A DNA stretch of 63,787 nt from the NCBI RefSeq assembly GCF_001194135.2, contig NC_069005.1, positions 19,657,321 through 19,721,107 of the forward strand, in the 5' to 3' direction. Below, one piece after another: positions 51,298-63,787 of the stretch. Both the position numbers and the translations under genes were made by a program. This stretch comes from Octopus bimaculoides. Taxonomy: Eukaryota. The notes under the pieces are model-generated. The model was given only the letters and a program-made list of their open reading frames with translations. It had not been told where the DNA came from and made no database searches. Each line of letters opens with the position of its first letter. Position 1 is the stretch's first letter.

Positions 51298-53539
51298 TTC
51301 TACTGTAGCCACAGGGCTGGAAAATATGGGGTAGGGTCCAGGTCGATTACATTGACTCCAGTGCTCAACTGGTACTTATTTTATCAACCCCAAAAGGATG
51401 AAAGGCAAAATCAACCTCAGTAGTATTTGAACTCAGAAGATAGAACCCCATAAAATACCGCATGACATCTTGTCCCATGTGCCAACAGTTCTGTCAGCTC
51501 ATCTCCGATAATATCATTTAACATCTATTTTCCATGCTGGTATGGGTTGGGCGGCTTGACAGGATCCAGCTAGCCATAGGGCTCTGTTGAACTCCAGTGT
51601 CTGCTTTGGCATGGATTTATGCCTGATGTCCTTCCTAACACTAACAACTTGGCATGAAAAAAATACACACTTTTTTCATGCCAGAGGTGATCTCTTCTCA
51701 CCTGATATCTGACTTTCCATAAAAACTGCTCAAAGGAACCATAAAATTGACGTGTTGTTGTGCAGCATGGAATGAATGGTTAACTGAAATGTAAAATTAA
51801 GGAGATAACAAAATAGCCACTGGCAGAGGGTTAAAAAAAAAAAAAAGAAGTTTTCAGTATTATATAGTTTAAAAATATATAATTGGTGGCGTACAGTTTA
51901 AAAATAGGTATGTAATTGCATATGCTTTTAGAAAGAGGCACTGATTGGCATTCTTTTTAAAAATAGGAACCCTCTGCCATATGGTTTTAAAAGTAGGTAG
52001 ATTGCTAGTGGAATATGGTAACTTATTTTGTTTCTTTCAAAATACAAAATATTTCTATTAGCCTTGTAATTAATTTGAGACACAAAGTGAAAATTTTAAA
52101 AGGATCACTCTCAAGTGTAGCATCATTATCATCAGTATTATGTCCATTTTTTCATGCTTGTATGAATCGGATGAAGTTGAGACATATTTTCTACAGCTTC
52201 ATGCCCTTCCTGTTGCAAACCCTTACCTGTTTGCAAGCAAGGTAATATTTCCCCATGGCCAGACATGTTTTTCACAGTATATTGGAAATGAATGACATTC
52301 ATATACAACAATCATGTGATGTCAATACAAGGAGACACAATCACACATATACATACATACATGTATCTATAGGATCCTTGTTAAGTATTTTTACTGTTGG
52401 TGCCCAAGCATGGCCACAGCCTTTTGGCTGAAATGCATAAAAAAATTTACACACACATGCAACAGATTTCCTCACAGTTTCTGTCTATCAAATGAATTCA
52501 CAAGGCTTTGGTTGCACCAGGGCTATAGTAGAAAACAGACAGTTACCCAAAGTACTATTGTGTAGGACTGAACCTGAATCCATGTGGTTGGCAAGCAAAT
52601 TTTTTAACCACACAACTATGCCTGCAGCTATTGGCCTTCATAAGTAAAGCTCAAAGGTGGCATCAGTTATTCAGAAATGATGGGTCCTTCATTTGTTTTG
52701 ATAACAAGCATTCAGGTGTATGATTAAGTGAATGTCTGATTTGTTAAATTAACATATAAGTGGCTACACATTCCATGGACACGTGTAACTATTGACATTA
52801 CATCCAAATCAGATAAGCATGAGACAATACATGATGAGTATGGACCTTTAAATTATATGTGCTATATATGTGACAGGCTTCTATACAGTTTCCCCTCATC
52901 CTATAAGGGGCATTAACCTAAGCACATAATGAAGAATATTTGTCCAAGATGCTATATAGTGGGATTGAACTGGGGATCTCATGATTGCAAACCATACTTC
53001 TTTAACCATTCAGCCATATATCAGTGAATGTCGACTACGTCCAGGTTCATGTTTAGAAATTTTTCCTGTTTAAAATTTTTTCTTATGGTGGTGGTTTGTA
53101 TATTATAATGTAATCTTTTATGACTGCAATAAACAAATAAAATTCTGCCAGAACAGCTGTCATAATTTTAAACGCCATTTCTGTTTACTTTTTATACCTA
53201 CGCTACTCCAAGGACCCACCCCTGACTTAGATTTGGTACTTGCATATCTATGTTATCCTACCAACATTTGATGTATTCAATGTTCTTTATTTCACTGTGC
53301 TGTCTATGTTATTGTACCTAGCCATTTCTGGTGTCTTGCTGCTTGATGTGCCTTGATTCTTATGAATCCCTATAATAAAATCATAAATGTTTTATTTATT
53401 CAATGCAGTCACCTAAAATTAAGACAGGATTATCAAGGGCTGGAATTCTTATGATCATTATGGACTCTCCTGTTGTTAGACCAAGGATGAGGCTTCTGCA
53501 ATTTTTTGCTGAACAACCACACAAATGATTTATTTATAG

Positions 53540-53759
53540 CAGTAGTTCTCAACTGTTTTTGTCTATGGACTCCTTTGATTTCTGTTTTACTTAAGGGTGG
53601 ATCTTCATTGCCATTTGATGTCTAAAAATTCCCTATTATACATTTATGATTAAACATTATTAGGAATTGTATAAAAGAAATTGTTAAAAGATTTTGTGTA
53701 TTGTAGAAATATAACTAGTTTATTGCACACAAATTTTGGACCCTGGTTGAGAACCACGG
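53540..53759. mobile_element. hAT (Charlie-like) MITE
   Basis: TIRs CAGTAGTTCTCAAC / GTTGAGAACCACGG; 8-bp TSD ATTTATAG / GTTTATAG. Confidence 0.8.
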
Positions 53760-53989
53760 GTTTATAGTGTGTGCTGAACATAAGCTCATTCCATCCATCA
53801 ATTTGACATTGCCGGTATAGGTGCATGAGTGTGCTGCATGTCACATACTGAAATGATTGCAGAGCAATGTGAAGTGAAGTGTTTTGCTTAAGAACACAAT
53901 GCATTGCCTAATCTGGGAATTGAAACCATGATCTTCCAATTGTGAGTGCAACATCTTGACCACTAAGCTATGATCATATACATGTATAT

Positions 53990-54380
53990 ACTCTTTTACC
54001 CTTTTACTTGTTTCAGTCATTTTGACTGCAGCCATGCTGGAGCACCGCCTTTCGTCGAGTGCAAATCGACCCCAGGACTTATTCTTTGTAAGCCTAGTAC
54101 TTATTCTATCAATCTCTTTTGCTGAACTGCTAAGTTATGGGGATGTAAACACACCAGCATCGGTTGTCAAGCTATGTTGGGGGGACAAACACAGACACAC
54201 AAACACACACACATATATATACGATGGGCTTCTTTCAGTTTCCGTCTACCAAGTCCACTCACAAGGCCTTGGTCAGCCCGAGGCTATAGTAGAAGACACT
54301 TGCTCAAGGTGCCATGTAGTAGGACTGAACCTGGAACCATGTGGTTCGTAAGCGAGCTACTTATCTCACGGCCACTCATT
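53990..54380 (-). mobile_element. SINE family A, full length; further copies or halves at 24410-24590, 44095-44280, 45100-45530, 48200-48350, 50120-50245, 52440-52630, 59042-59105
   Basis: Collinear with the reverse complement of 1409-1813. Confidence 0.85.
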
Positions 54381-54384
54381 TAAA

Positions 54385-54580
54385 TTTTCAGAAAACAAAA
54401 GACGAAGACAGGTGAGGGAACAACAAGCAGGTGTATTAGTTTGATGCTGAGGAAGAATGGAAAAGTCTTTGACATTTTGAGCTGACACTCTTCGACAGAA
54501 AGAGATGAGAGGAAAAAAAAAATGGAGGGAGAAAAAATGTGTAGGGATTAACGGTTTAACAACCCAGTTAGGGCTGATCT
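54385..54580 (-). mobile_element. Penelope pLTR-like repeat with variant minimal hammerhead (54467-54502)
   Basis: Minus strand CTTT-CTGTCGA-A-GAGT-GTCA-GCTC-AAAA-T-GTC-AAAG. Confidence 0.55.
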
Positions 54581-55275
54581 ACAGCTAAACAGCTACAACA
54601 GTAGCCCTTTAAAAGCATTCAGATTACACTGCCAAATGCAAATGTAATACTTATTCAGTTTTAAAACAATCATACATTGTATTGTACCNNNNNNNNNNNN
54701 NNNNNNNNNNNNNNNNNNNNNNNNNNNNNNNNNNNNNNNNNNNNNNNNNNNNNNNNNNNNNNNNNNNNNNNNNNNNNNNNNNNNNNNNNNNNNNNNNNNN
54801 NNNNNNNNNNNNNNNNNNNNNNNNNNNNNNNNNNNNNNNNNNNNNNNNNNNNNNNNNNNNNNNNNNNNNNNNNNNNNNNNNNNNNNNNNNNNNNNNNNNN
54901 NNNNNNNNNNNNNNNNNNNNNNNNNNNNNNNNNNNNNNNNNNNNNNNNNNNNNNNNNNNNNNNNNNNNNNNNNNNNNNNNNNNNNNNNNNNNNNNNNNNN
55001 NNNNNNNNNNNNNNNNNNNNNNNNNNNNNNNNNNNNNNNNNNNNNNNNNNNNNNNNNNNNNNNNNNNNNNNNNNNNNNNNNNNNNNNNNNNNNNNNNNNN
55101 NNNNNNNNNNNNNNNNNNNNNNNNNNCTCTCATTCTCTACTACCTTATCCCTTCCCCCTCTCTCTTTCCCAGATCTATTTTTATTCTATTTTAAGTTTTT
55201 AAATTTATATTTTTTTGTGTCATTTTTGTAATAAAACTTTATTTTTTTTAAAATATAGATTTGAGATTTGTTGAA

Positions 55276-55313
<38 letters not shown>

Positions 55314-55523
55314 GTGTGTGTGTGTATAATGTCTTTTAGTGTGTGTGTGTGTGTGTGTGTGAGTACATGCTTGCTTCTGTTTATGTGTCAGATAGATTTG
55401 TGTGTACACTTGTGAAGCTATGTCTATATCTTTGTTCTATACATGTGGTGTGTATGTATGTTCTATATATGTGTTTGTGTGTGTGTTATATACATGTATA
55501 TTATGTGTGTGCTATTATATATT

Positions 55524-55559
<36 letters not shown>

Positions 55560-55849
55560 TATATATTAGTATCTGTATGGATAGATAGGTGTGTATTTAT
55601 TCCTGATAATACCTTAGTGTATCTGTGAGGTATAAACAGGATGTGGCAATCCTCCAAAGAAAGCTTGTTCCATCACCTCTACCTCTTCGTCATCTCTTGG
55701 GGTTGTGGGCAACACTGATGGTAGGTAGACAGATGTAGGGGTGGGTGGGGGTCAGAATGGGTTTATATTTTAGTGAATGTGGGTGGGTAGGTGGGCGGAC
55801 TAAAACATTTGAACATTCTCTTTTCACTTACTCATCTACAGCCGCTACA

Positions 55850-56060
55850 TGGCGATGCTAGTGGTGGTAGTTGTTGTAGTTGTGGTAGTTGCAGTAGTGG
55901 TTGTGATGGTGATTGTGGTAGCTGTAGTAGGTTTGGTTGTTAGCTTTTGTTGATGTGGTTGTTGTGATGGTGGTAGTGGTGTTGTAGTTGAGATAATTGT
56001 GAGCTGTAGTGGTAGTTTTGGTTGTTGTAGTAGTGGTAGTGGTTGTTGTTGTTTGTAATG
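55850..56060. repeat. degenerate (GTA/GTG/GTT)n triplet tract
   Basis: Read directly from the sequence. Confidence 0.85.
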
Positions 56061-56214
56061 ACGATGATTTTGGTTTCTCCCTGGCTTCTTCAAGTAAGGT
56101 TCTGTGACTGAGACTCCTGAAGAAATTACCATTGTGCTGTTTAGGCTCCAACAGTTTAAAGTTTAACAACCACATCTTTCCTATAAGAACATAGAATTGG
56201 GAAATTAATAATGA

Positions 56215-56423
56215 TAATAATAATCTTTTCTGTTAGAGGCACAAGGACTGAAGTTTTGGGGAGAGAGACTAAGTTGATGCCATTGACCCCAGTACTCAGC
56301 TGATGCCCATTTTATTGACCCCAAAATGATGGAAGGGAACTTAGAAATCAGATTATGAATTGCTGGAAGAAATGCCTATATGCATTTTAACTGGCATGGT
56401 AATGATTCTGCCAGATCACTACT

Positions 56424-56455
<32 letters not shown>

Positions 56456-56606
56456 CCTTTCTACTACAGGCACAAGGCCTGAAATTTGGGGGAGTGGGAT
56501 AGTTGCTTACATCGACCCCCAGGTCTCAACTGGTACTTAATTTATTAGATGAAGTGCCATTAAGCATTTTTGCCTGGCATGCTAATGATTCTGCCAGCTC
56601 GCTGCC

Positions 56607-56645
<39 letters not shown>

Positions 56646-57036
56646 TAATAATTTCAACACAAGACCTTCAAGTTCAAGGGAAGGAGATGAGTTGATTACA
56701 TCAATCATCCCCTCCCCAGTACGTGACTGGTATTTATTTTATCTACCTTGGAGGAATAAAAGGCAAAGTTGATCTTGGCTGGACTTGAAAGAAATGCTGT
56801 TATGCATTTTGTCCAACAATAATCCTTTCTATTATAGGCACAATGCCTGAAATTTTGGGGGAGAGGGCTAATTGATTACAGCAACCTCAGTGCTTAACTT
56901 GTACTTATTTTATCGACCCTGAAAGGATAAAAGGCAAAGTTGGCCTCGGCAGAATTTGTATTCAGAATGTAAAGATGGATGAAAAGCCACTAAGCATTTT
57001 GTCCTGCGTGGTTAACAATTCTGCTGGTTCACTGCT

Positions 57037-57083
<47 letters not shown>

Positions 57084-57360
57084 ATTCTAATATAGGCATA
57101 AGGCCTGAAATCTTGGGGGGTGGTAGGGTGTTAGTTAATTATATCGATCCCAGTGCTCAACTTGTATATTTTTCATCAACCCCGAAAGGATGAAAGGTAA
57201 AGTTGACCTTGACAGAATCTGGACACAGAATGTGAAGATGGATGAAACACCATTAAGCATTATATCTGGAATGCTAATGATTCTGCCAGTTCACCATCTT
57301 AGTAATGATAATAACGATTCTTTCTAATTTTGGTACAAGGCCAGCAAGTTTGAGGTAAGA
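56215..57360 (-). mobile_element. head-to-tail array of 5-6 SINE B copies separated by (AAT)n/(AGT)n
   Basis: Units start at about 56220, 56455, 56650, 56825, 57085 and 57320. Confidence 0.85.
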
Positions 57361-57977
57361 AAGTAAAATAAATATCAGAAGGTTTTCCCACAGCGTAAAA
57401 TCTTTTTTTCACTTTTTGCACTCCACATATTATTGGTTTTAAAAGACATGTTTTCCATGAGTGCAGCAGAAATAGTACCCAAATTAATTGGGGTATATGC
57501 TATGCAGTGGGATTGAATCCAGAACCTTGTAGTTGTGAAGTAAATTTCTTAACCACACGTCTAGGTATTGAAGATAGTAAGGTGTGATTTAAAGGCAGTT
57601 TAGCTGCAATTACTTTGAAAGCCAAGCAACTAAACAGAGGCAACCTTATTGTTGGCTCATTAACTTAGCAGATATTATCTCAATAGACAAAAGAAAGTAT
57701 TGGAAATGCTAAAATATGATATTCTCCACTATGAGATCATTTATTGCTCCTTGGTTTCACAAGACACCAAGATTAAATCTTAATGTCTCTGATATATATT
57801 TGATCTCTGATCTCAGTACTTAGCTATGTTATGTAACTGACAGTACTCTTCCCTAAACGACTGAAGAGAACTCATTTTATATTGTACTGATGTTTACCAA
57901 AGGAGTTTCAATGTTTACTTCTCTCTCTTGCTCTCTTTATTTATCTATATATCTAGTTGCCTCTATCTCTGTCTCAG

Positions 57978-58008
<31 letters not shown>

Positions 58009-59514
58009 GTCTATTTGTATACCTGTGTCTGTCTGTCTGTCTTTCTCTTTCAGTCTATCTGTCTGATTGTATATTTCTCTCTCTTTCACTGTCCCCCCTT
58101 CTCTCTCTCCCTGTTTGCTTTTCTCTCCCTTCAGCATTTCTCTGTTTAACACTGTCTGTCTGTCTAGTTGTTTGTCTTCCCTCTTTTCTCTCTCTCTCTT
58201 CCTCTTTCCTGTGTTTCTTTCACTTTCTCTCACATGGGTCATCTCCTTCCTCCTCCCTCTTGTGCTTTTCTCTGTCTCATGCTGTCTGTTTTCTGTCTTT
58301 CTTCTTGTGTTTTTCCTCTTTCACAGTCGGTCTGTATGCCCCCCTCTCTCTCTCTCCCTCCCTCTCCTTATATAGTTAGTTATTTTCAAGATTTGTGATT
58401 TTTTTTTTCAAGGCCAGCCTGAATGACAGCTGAAAAATATTTCAAGTCTTATTGTATTCCAATTGTATTACTCATTTCATAAATATATTGCATAGTCACT
58501 TTTTTTGTTTCATTACAACACAAAGTTGAATGGCAAAATCTGTAAAGCACTTGACAAAAATGCCTTGTAATGTTTANNNNNNNNNNNNNNNNNNNNNNNN
58601 NNNNNNNNNNNNNNNNNNNNNNNNNNNNNNNNNNNNNNNNNNNNNNNNNNNNNNNNNNNNNNNNNNNNNNNNNNNNNNNNNNNNNNNNNNNNNNNNNNNN
58701 NNNNNNNNNNNNNNNNNNNNNNNNNNNNNNNNNNNNNNNNNNNNNNNNNNNNNNNNNNNNNNNNNNNNNNNNNNNNNNNNNNNNNNNNNNNNNNNNNNNN
58801 NNNNNNNNNNNNNNNNNNNNNNNNNNNNNNNNNNNNNNNNNNNNNNNNNNNNNNNNNNNNNNNNNNNNNNNNNNNNNNNNNNNNNNNNNNNNNNNNNNNN
58901 NNNNNNNNNNNNNNNNNNNNNNNNNNNNNNNNNNNNNNNNNNNNNNNNNNNNNNNNNNNNNNNNNNNNNNNNNNNNNNNNNNNNNNNNNNNNNNNNNNNN
59001 NNNNNNNNNNNNNNNNNNNNNNNNNNNNNNNNNNNNNNNNNCAAATCCATTCACAAGGCTTTGGTTGGCCTGTGGTTATAGTAGAAGACACTTGCCCAAG
59101 GTGCCTATCTTTAAAAATATGAAATAGAAGTTTGAAGGAAATGCTTATCTCTATGATCTTCTATTTAAAAACCTTTGTGAACAACATGTGCAAAAACAGC
59201 TGCTTTAAGCTCACATTTTTAGTTTCGTTTTTGATTCTTGTAATTTTATCAAAAAAAAAACGTCATTAACTCCATACAATCAAAGTCATGAAACTGCATT
59301 GCTGTTTAAGTAATGTTCCAAAATAATAATTTTAATTAATGCTTTTAATTGATGTTTTTAAAAACAATGAATGTGTATGTGGGTGTTCATTGTGCATGTG
59401 CCTCTGCAGATGCATACATATAAGTGTATGTACACACATAGACATGCATATATACACAGAATTGTATATTCATGTATAGATGTATACATGCATGTATACA
59501 TAAACACATATGCT

Positions 59515-60155
59515 TTGTGGAATTTCGTCTGCCTTTACGTTCTGAGTTCAAATGTTACCGAGGTTGACTTTGCCTTTCATCCTTTCAGAGTCGATAAAAT
59601 AAGGATCAGTTGAGTACTGGGGTTCATGTAATCACCTCCCCCCCCTCCCCCTAAGATTCGGGCCCTGTGCCTATAGTAGAAAGGATTATTATTATTATTA
59701 TTGAAATGGTGAACTGGTAGAATTATTAGCATGCCAGGGAGAATGCTTAGTGACATTTCATTCCTCTATACACTCTAAGTTCAAATTGTACCAAGATCAA
59801 CTTTGCTTTCCATCCTTTTGAGATTGATAAAACAAGTACCAGCTGAGCACTGGGGTCAGTGTAATTGACTTGCCCCCTTCACCAAAATTTCAGGCTATGT
59901 GCCTAAAGTAGAAAAGATTATCTGGCAGAATCGTTAGCATGCTGGAGGAAATGCTTAGCAGTATTTTGCCTGTTGTTCTGTTCTGAGTTCAAATTCTGCT
60001 GGGGTCAACTTTGCCTTTCATCCTTTTGAGATCGATAAAATAAGTACCAGCAAAATCTAGGGTCGATGTAATCGACTCATCCCCTCCCCCAAAATTGCTG
60101 CCCTTGTGGCAAAATTTGAAACCATTATTATTGTTATCATCATCATCATTATTAC

Positions 60156-60186
<31 letters not shown>

Positions 60187-60410
60187 GTTAAAGATGGCGA
60201 GCTAGCAGACTCGTTAACATGCTGGACAAAATGCCTAGCAGTATTTCGTCTGTTTCTTATGTTCTGAGTTCAAATTCTGCCAAGGGCAGCTTCGCCTTTC
60301 ATCCTTTCAGGGTTGATAAATTAAGTACCAGTTGAACACTGGGATTGATATAATTGACTTACCCCTCCCCCAGATTTCAGGCCTTGTGCCTATAGTAAAA
60401 AAAATTACTA
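59515..60410 (+). mobile_element. head-to-tail array of four SINE B copies separated by (ATT)n
   Basis: Units at about 59515, 59700, 59910 and 60190; two alternative tails, ..GTGCCTATAGTAGAAAGG(ATT)n and ..GTGGCAAAATTTGAAACC(ATT)n. Confidence 0.85.
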
Positions 60411-60440
60411 TTATTATTTTTATAGTGTGTGCATGTCTGG

Positions 60441-60474
<34 letters not shown>

Positions 60475-60675
60475 ATGAGTTTTTCATGTTTATTTGCAAG
60501 TTTGTATTTGTTCTCTGCATTTTGTAGGTGTGTATGCATGTGCACATATTTGAGTACTCTTATCTAGATATGTTAATTGCCTATTGGTTTGTATGTACAT
60601 GTGTGTGTATGTGTGTGTGTGTATCTGTTTGAGTATGTTGACACCTTGTCTGTGAGTGTGCCTGTCTGTTTGTGC

Positions 60676-60713
<38 letters not shown>

Positions 60714-62569
60714 GTCCATCTGTGAGTGTATATGTCTGTTTGCATGTGTATGTTTGTGTGTGTGTATCTGTATGTCTGTCTGTGTGCCTTTCTCTGTGTG
60801 TATGTCTGATAATGTGTGTGTGTGTGTATGTGTCTTTGTCCCCATCCATGTCTCTATCAGTGTGCATGTGTGAAGGGTAGGCAGCGTTCCACTGCTGGCT
60901 GTAGGTAAAGCTACTACTACTGCTGTTCACTCCATCCCACACATATCCTTTTCCGTTAATTAGTCTGGCCTTTCAATTCATGAAATATCTGGGTTGTGAT
61001 GGACAAGTGGCAGAATGGACATCAATAATAATAATAAAAATAGTAATAATAATGGCAGTGAATGGTCAGAGGTGAAGGGTTTTGCCTGTGGGGTGAGCGG
61101 AAGGAAGTTCTGTTAATTTATACAAACTTCAAATAAAACAAAAACAAACAAAATAAACNNNNNNNNNNNNNNNNNNNNNNNNNNNNNNNNNNNNNNNNNN
61201 NNNNNNNNNNNNNNNNNNNNNNNNNNNNNNNNNNNNNNNNNNNNNNNNNNNNNNNNNNNNNNNNNNNNNNNNNNNNNNNNNNNNNNNNNNNNNNNNNNNN
61301 NNNNNNNNNNNNNNNNNNNNNNNNNNNNNNNNNNNNNNNNNNNNNNNNNNNNNNNNNNNNNNNNNNNNNNNNNNNNNNNNNNNNNNNNNNNNNNNNNNNN
61401 NNNNNNNNNNNNNNNNNNNNNNNNNNNNNNNNNNNNNNNNNNNNNNNNNNNNNNNNNNNNNNNNNNNNNNNNNNNNNNNNNNNNNNNNNNNNNNNNNNNN
61501 NNNNNNNNNNNNNNNNNNNNNNNNNNNNNNNNNNNNNNNNNNNNNNNNNNNNNNNNNNNNNNNNNNNNNNNNNNNNNNNNNNNNNNNNNNNNNNNNNNNN
61601 NNNNNNNNNNNNNNNNNNNNNNNNNNNNNNNNNNNNNNNNNNNNNNNNNNNNNNNNNNNNNNNNNNNNNNNNNNNNNNNNNNNNNNNNNNNNNNNNNNNN
61701 NNNNNNNNNNNNNNNNNNNNNNNNNNNNNNNNNNNNNNNNNNNNNNNNNNNNNNNNNNNNNNNNNNNNNNNNNNNNNNNNNNNNNNNNNNNNNNNNNNNN
61801 NNNNNNNNNNNNNNNNNNNNNNNNNNNNNNNNNNNNNNNNNNNNNNNNNNNNNNNNNNNNNNNNNNNNNNNNNNNNNNNNNNNNNNNNNNNNNNNNNNNN
61901 NNNNNNNNNNNNNNNNNNNNNNNNNNNNNNNNNNNNNNNNNNNGCATTCACATATGCATATTATTGCATTTGCACATACTTGCTTTAACACATAGCATAC
62001 ACACATGCCTCCATACATCTGCACATCCACATTCTTGTAGTAGCATGCACACACACATACATACTTTTCTGCTTGCATACACATGTGTACCATCTCTTGT
62101 ATGTGCATATGATACTCTGTTGCAATCACACAAGCCACATGGTCTTGCATTCATCTATGCACACACATATACATACTTATACATGCACACATTTGTATTC
62201 ACATACACACACACTTAAGTTATAAATGCATGTATATTTGCATTCACACAAGGATAGTGGAAATTTCAAAGGGAACAATTCTGGAAAAGGATGACTGGGA
62301 TGTGGTAGGAGCTATTAGGGACCAAAGGGTTTTGAAGGAAGCTGAATGTCTAAGTTGTTCAGTGAAAGAAGGGGAAGGTATAATATCCATGACATTTTGC
62401 AGGTTATCCTGCATTCCCAGACTGGTTAGGTCAATGCATTTGAGCCTTAGTCTGAACATTTATTGGTCAATATTTTTTAACAGCTATTGATCTACATCTT
62501 GAAAATCTGTTGAACAATGTTTTAAACATCTGTAAATCTATATCTTAAATACCTGTAGTTCAATATCTT

Positions 62570-62950
62570 GGGCGCAGGAGTGGCTGTGTGGTAAGTAGCT
62601 TGCTTAGCAACCACATGGTTCCGGGTTCAGTCCCACTGCGTGACATCTTGGGCAAATGTCTTCTACTATAGCCTCGGGCCGACCAAAGCCTTGTGAGTGG
62701 ATTTGGTAGACAGAAACTGAAAGAAGCCCATCGTATATATNNNNNNNNNNNNNNNNNNNNNNNNNNNNNNNNNNNNNNNNNNNNNNNNNNNNNNNNNNNN
62801 NNNNNNNNNNNNNNNNNNNNNNNNNNNNNNNNNNNNNNNNNNNNNNNNNNNNNNNNNNNNNNNNNNNNNNNNNNNNNNNNNNNNNAACTACTTGGCAAAA
62901 TTGTTAATCATTAATTTTATTAACTAATTGGCAATTCCCTGCCCTATATC

Positions 62951-62995
<45 letters not shown>

Positions 62996-63213
62996 CTGTG
63001 TGTCTGTGTTTGTCCCCCTAGCATGGCTTGACAACCGATGCTGGTGTGTTTATGTTCCCGTCACTTAGCAGTTCGGCAAAAGAGACTGATAGAATAAGTA
63101 CTAGGCTTACAAAGAATAAGTCCTGGGGTCGACTTGCTCGACTAAAGGCGGTGCTCTAGCATGGCCACAGTCAAATGACTGAAACAAGTAAAAGTGTAAA
63201 AGTGTAAAAGAGT
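62570..63213 (+). mobile_element. young SINE family A with a gap in its internal microsatellite
   Basis: GGCGCAGGAGTGGCTGTGTGG head, CpGs intact, tail (AAAAGTGT)2AAAAGAGT. Confidence 0.85.
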
Positions 63214-63219
63214 ATATGT

Positions 63220-63390
63220 AAATCAGCATCTTGAACATATGTAGATCAACATCTGTTGATCAGCATCTTGAACATCTGTAGGTTGACATCTTAAACATTT
63301 GTTGGATATCTTGAACATTTGTAAACATAAACATTTGTTAGTGAACATCTTAAAGAATCTGTTGGTCAACAACTTGAACATCAGTTAACC
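63220..63390. repeat. degenerate minisatellite (AACATCTTGAACATCTGT-like), also at 62490-62560 on the other side of the SINE
   Basis: Repeated CATCTTGAACAT/AACATCTG units. Confidence 0.6.
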
Positions 63391-63718
63391 ATGTGTCTAG
63401 AATTATATTTACATTATCCAATATCTTTAGTCTTCGATATCAACCTTCTTAAAGACAATAGGATGCAAATGCATTCAAATATATGAAATGTATATATATG
63501 TATATTTGTCTGTCTGTCTAATTCAGCATGTGCAACTGTTTTTGCTTATTTCTATAACAATAAGAAGCGAAGTACTTTGCAAAAAGTCATCTGATGAGAT
63601 GCATTTGCACCAATTGTTTGTGGAGCACCTCACCTGTAAGGTACCAGTACATGCTGGGTTGAAGCGATCGTATTGGTTCTGAAGAGTCTCATGAATGCCA
63701 TTTCCTCTCTCTCATATT

Positions 63719-63787
<69 letters not shown>

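Noticed and set aside
51821-51979. 12-bp inverted repeat TGGCAGAGGGTT / AACCCTCTGCCA as a MITE
   Set aside because: No TSD, no second copy, and the interior is unremarkable AT-rich DNA.
56215-57360. CRISPR-like repeat-spacer array
   Set aside because: Units are about 200-bp diverged SINE copies separated by microsatellites; there are no cas genes and the context is eukaryotic.

Overview
AT-rich, repeat-dominated eukaryotic DNA with about 6 kb of N gaps. It is most likely from an octopus (coleoid cephalopod); this is inferred from the SINE families and microsatellite style. I recognised no intact host gene, tRNA, rRNA or CRISPR array. All recognisable protein-coding signal is decayed transposon sequence: a near full-length Tc1 transposase pseudogene (12756-13777), a Penelope GIY-YIG fragment (15071-15393), two tandem L1/Tx1-clade LINE pieces (18158-20533), an R4/Dong-clade RLE retrotransposon (20561-23214), and RTE, Gypsy and mariner fragments. 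There are also roughly 60-70 SINE copies or fragments in at least four families (my labels A, B, C, G), several MITEs and a Helentron-type non-autonomous element. The most interesting signals are: (1) the Tx1-clade LINE and SINE family B share a 3' end and both sit in (ATT)n microsatellites, suggesting a microsatellite-targeting LINE/SINE pair, while a Dong element occupies the opposite strand of the same repeat; (2) a 577-bp palindrome made of two divergent Penelope-type hammerhead ribozyme units, plus several other minimal or variant hammerhead motifs; (3) an interstitial variant telomere-like hexamer array; (4) alternating CpG-retaining and CpG-depleted domains, with a candidate first exon at 39123-39286. 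Repeat boundaries were read by eye and are approximate (about +/-20 nt) unless a TSD or TIR is quoted.
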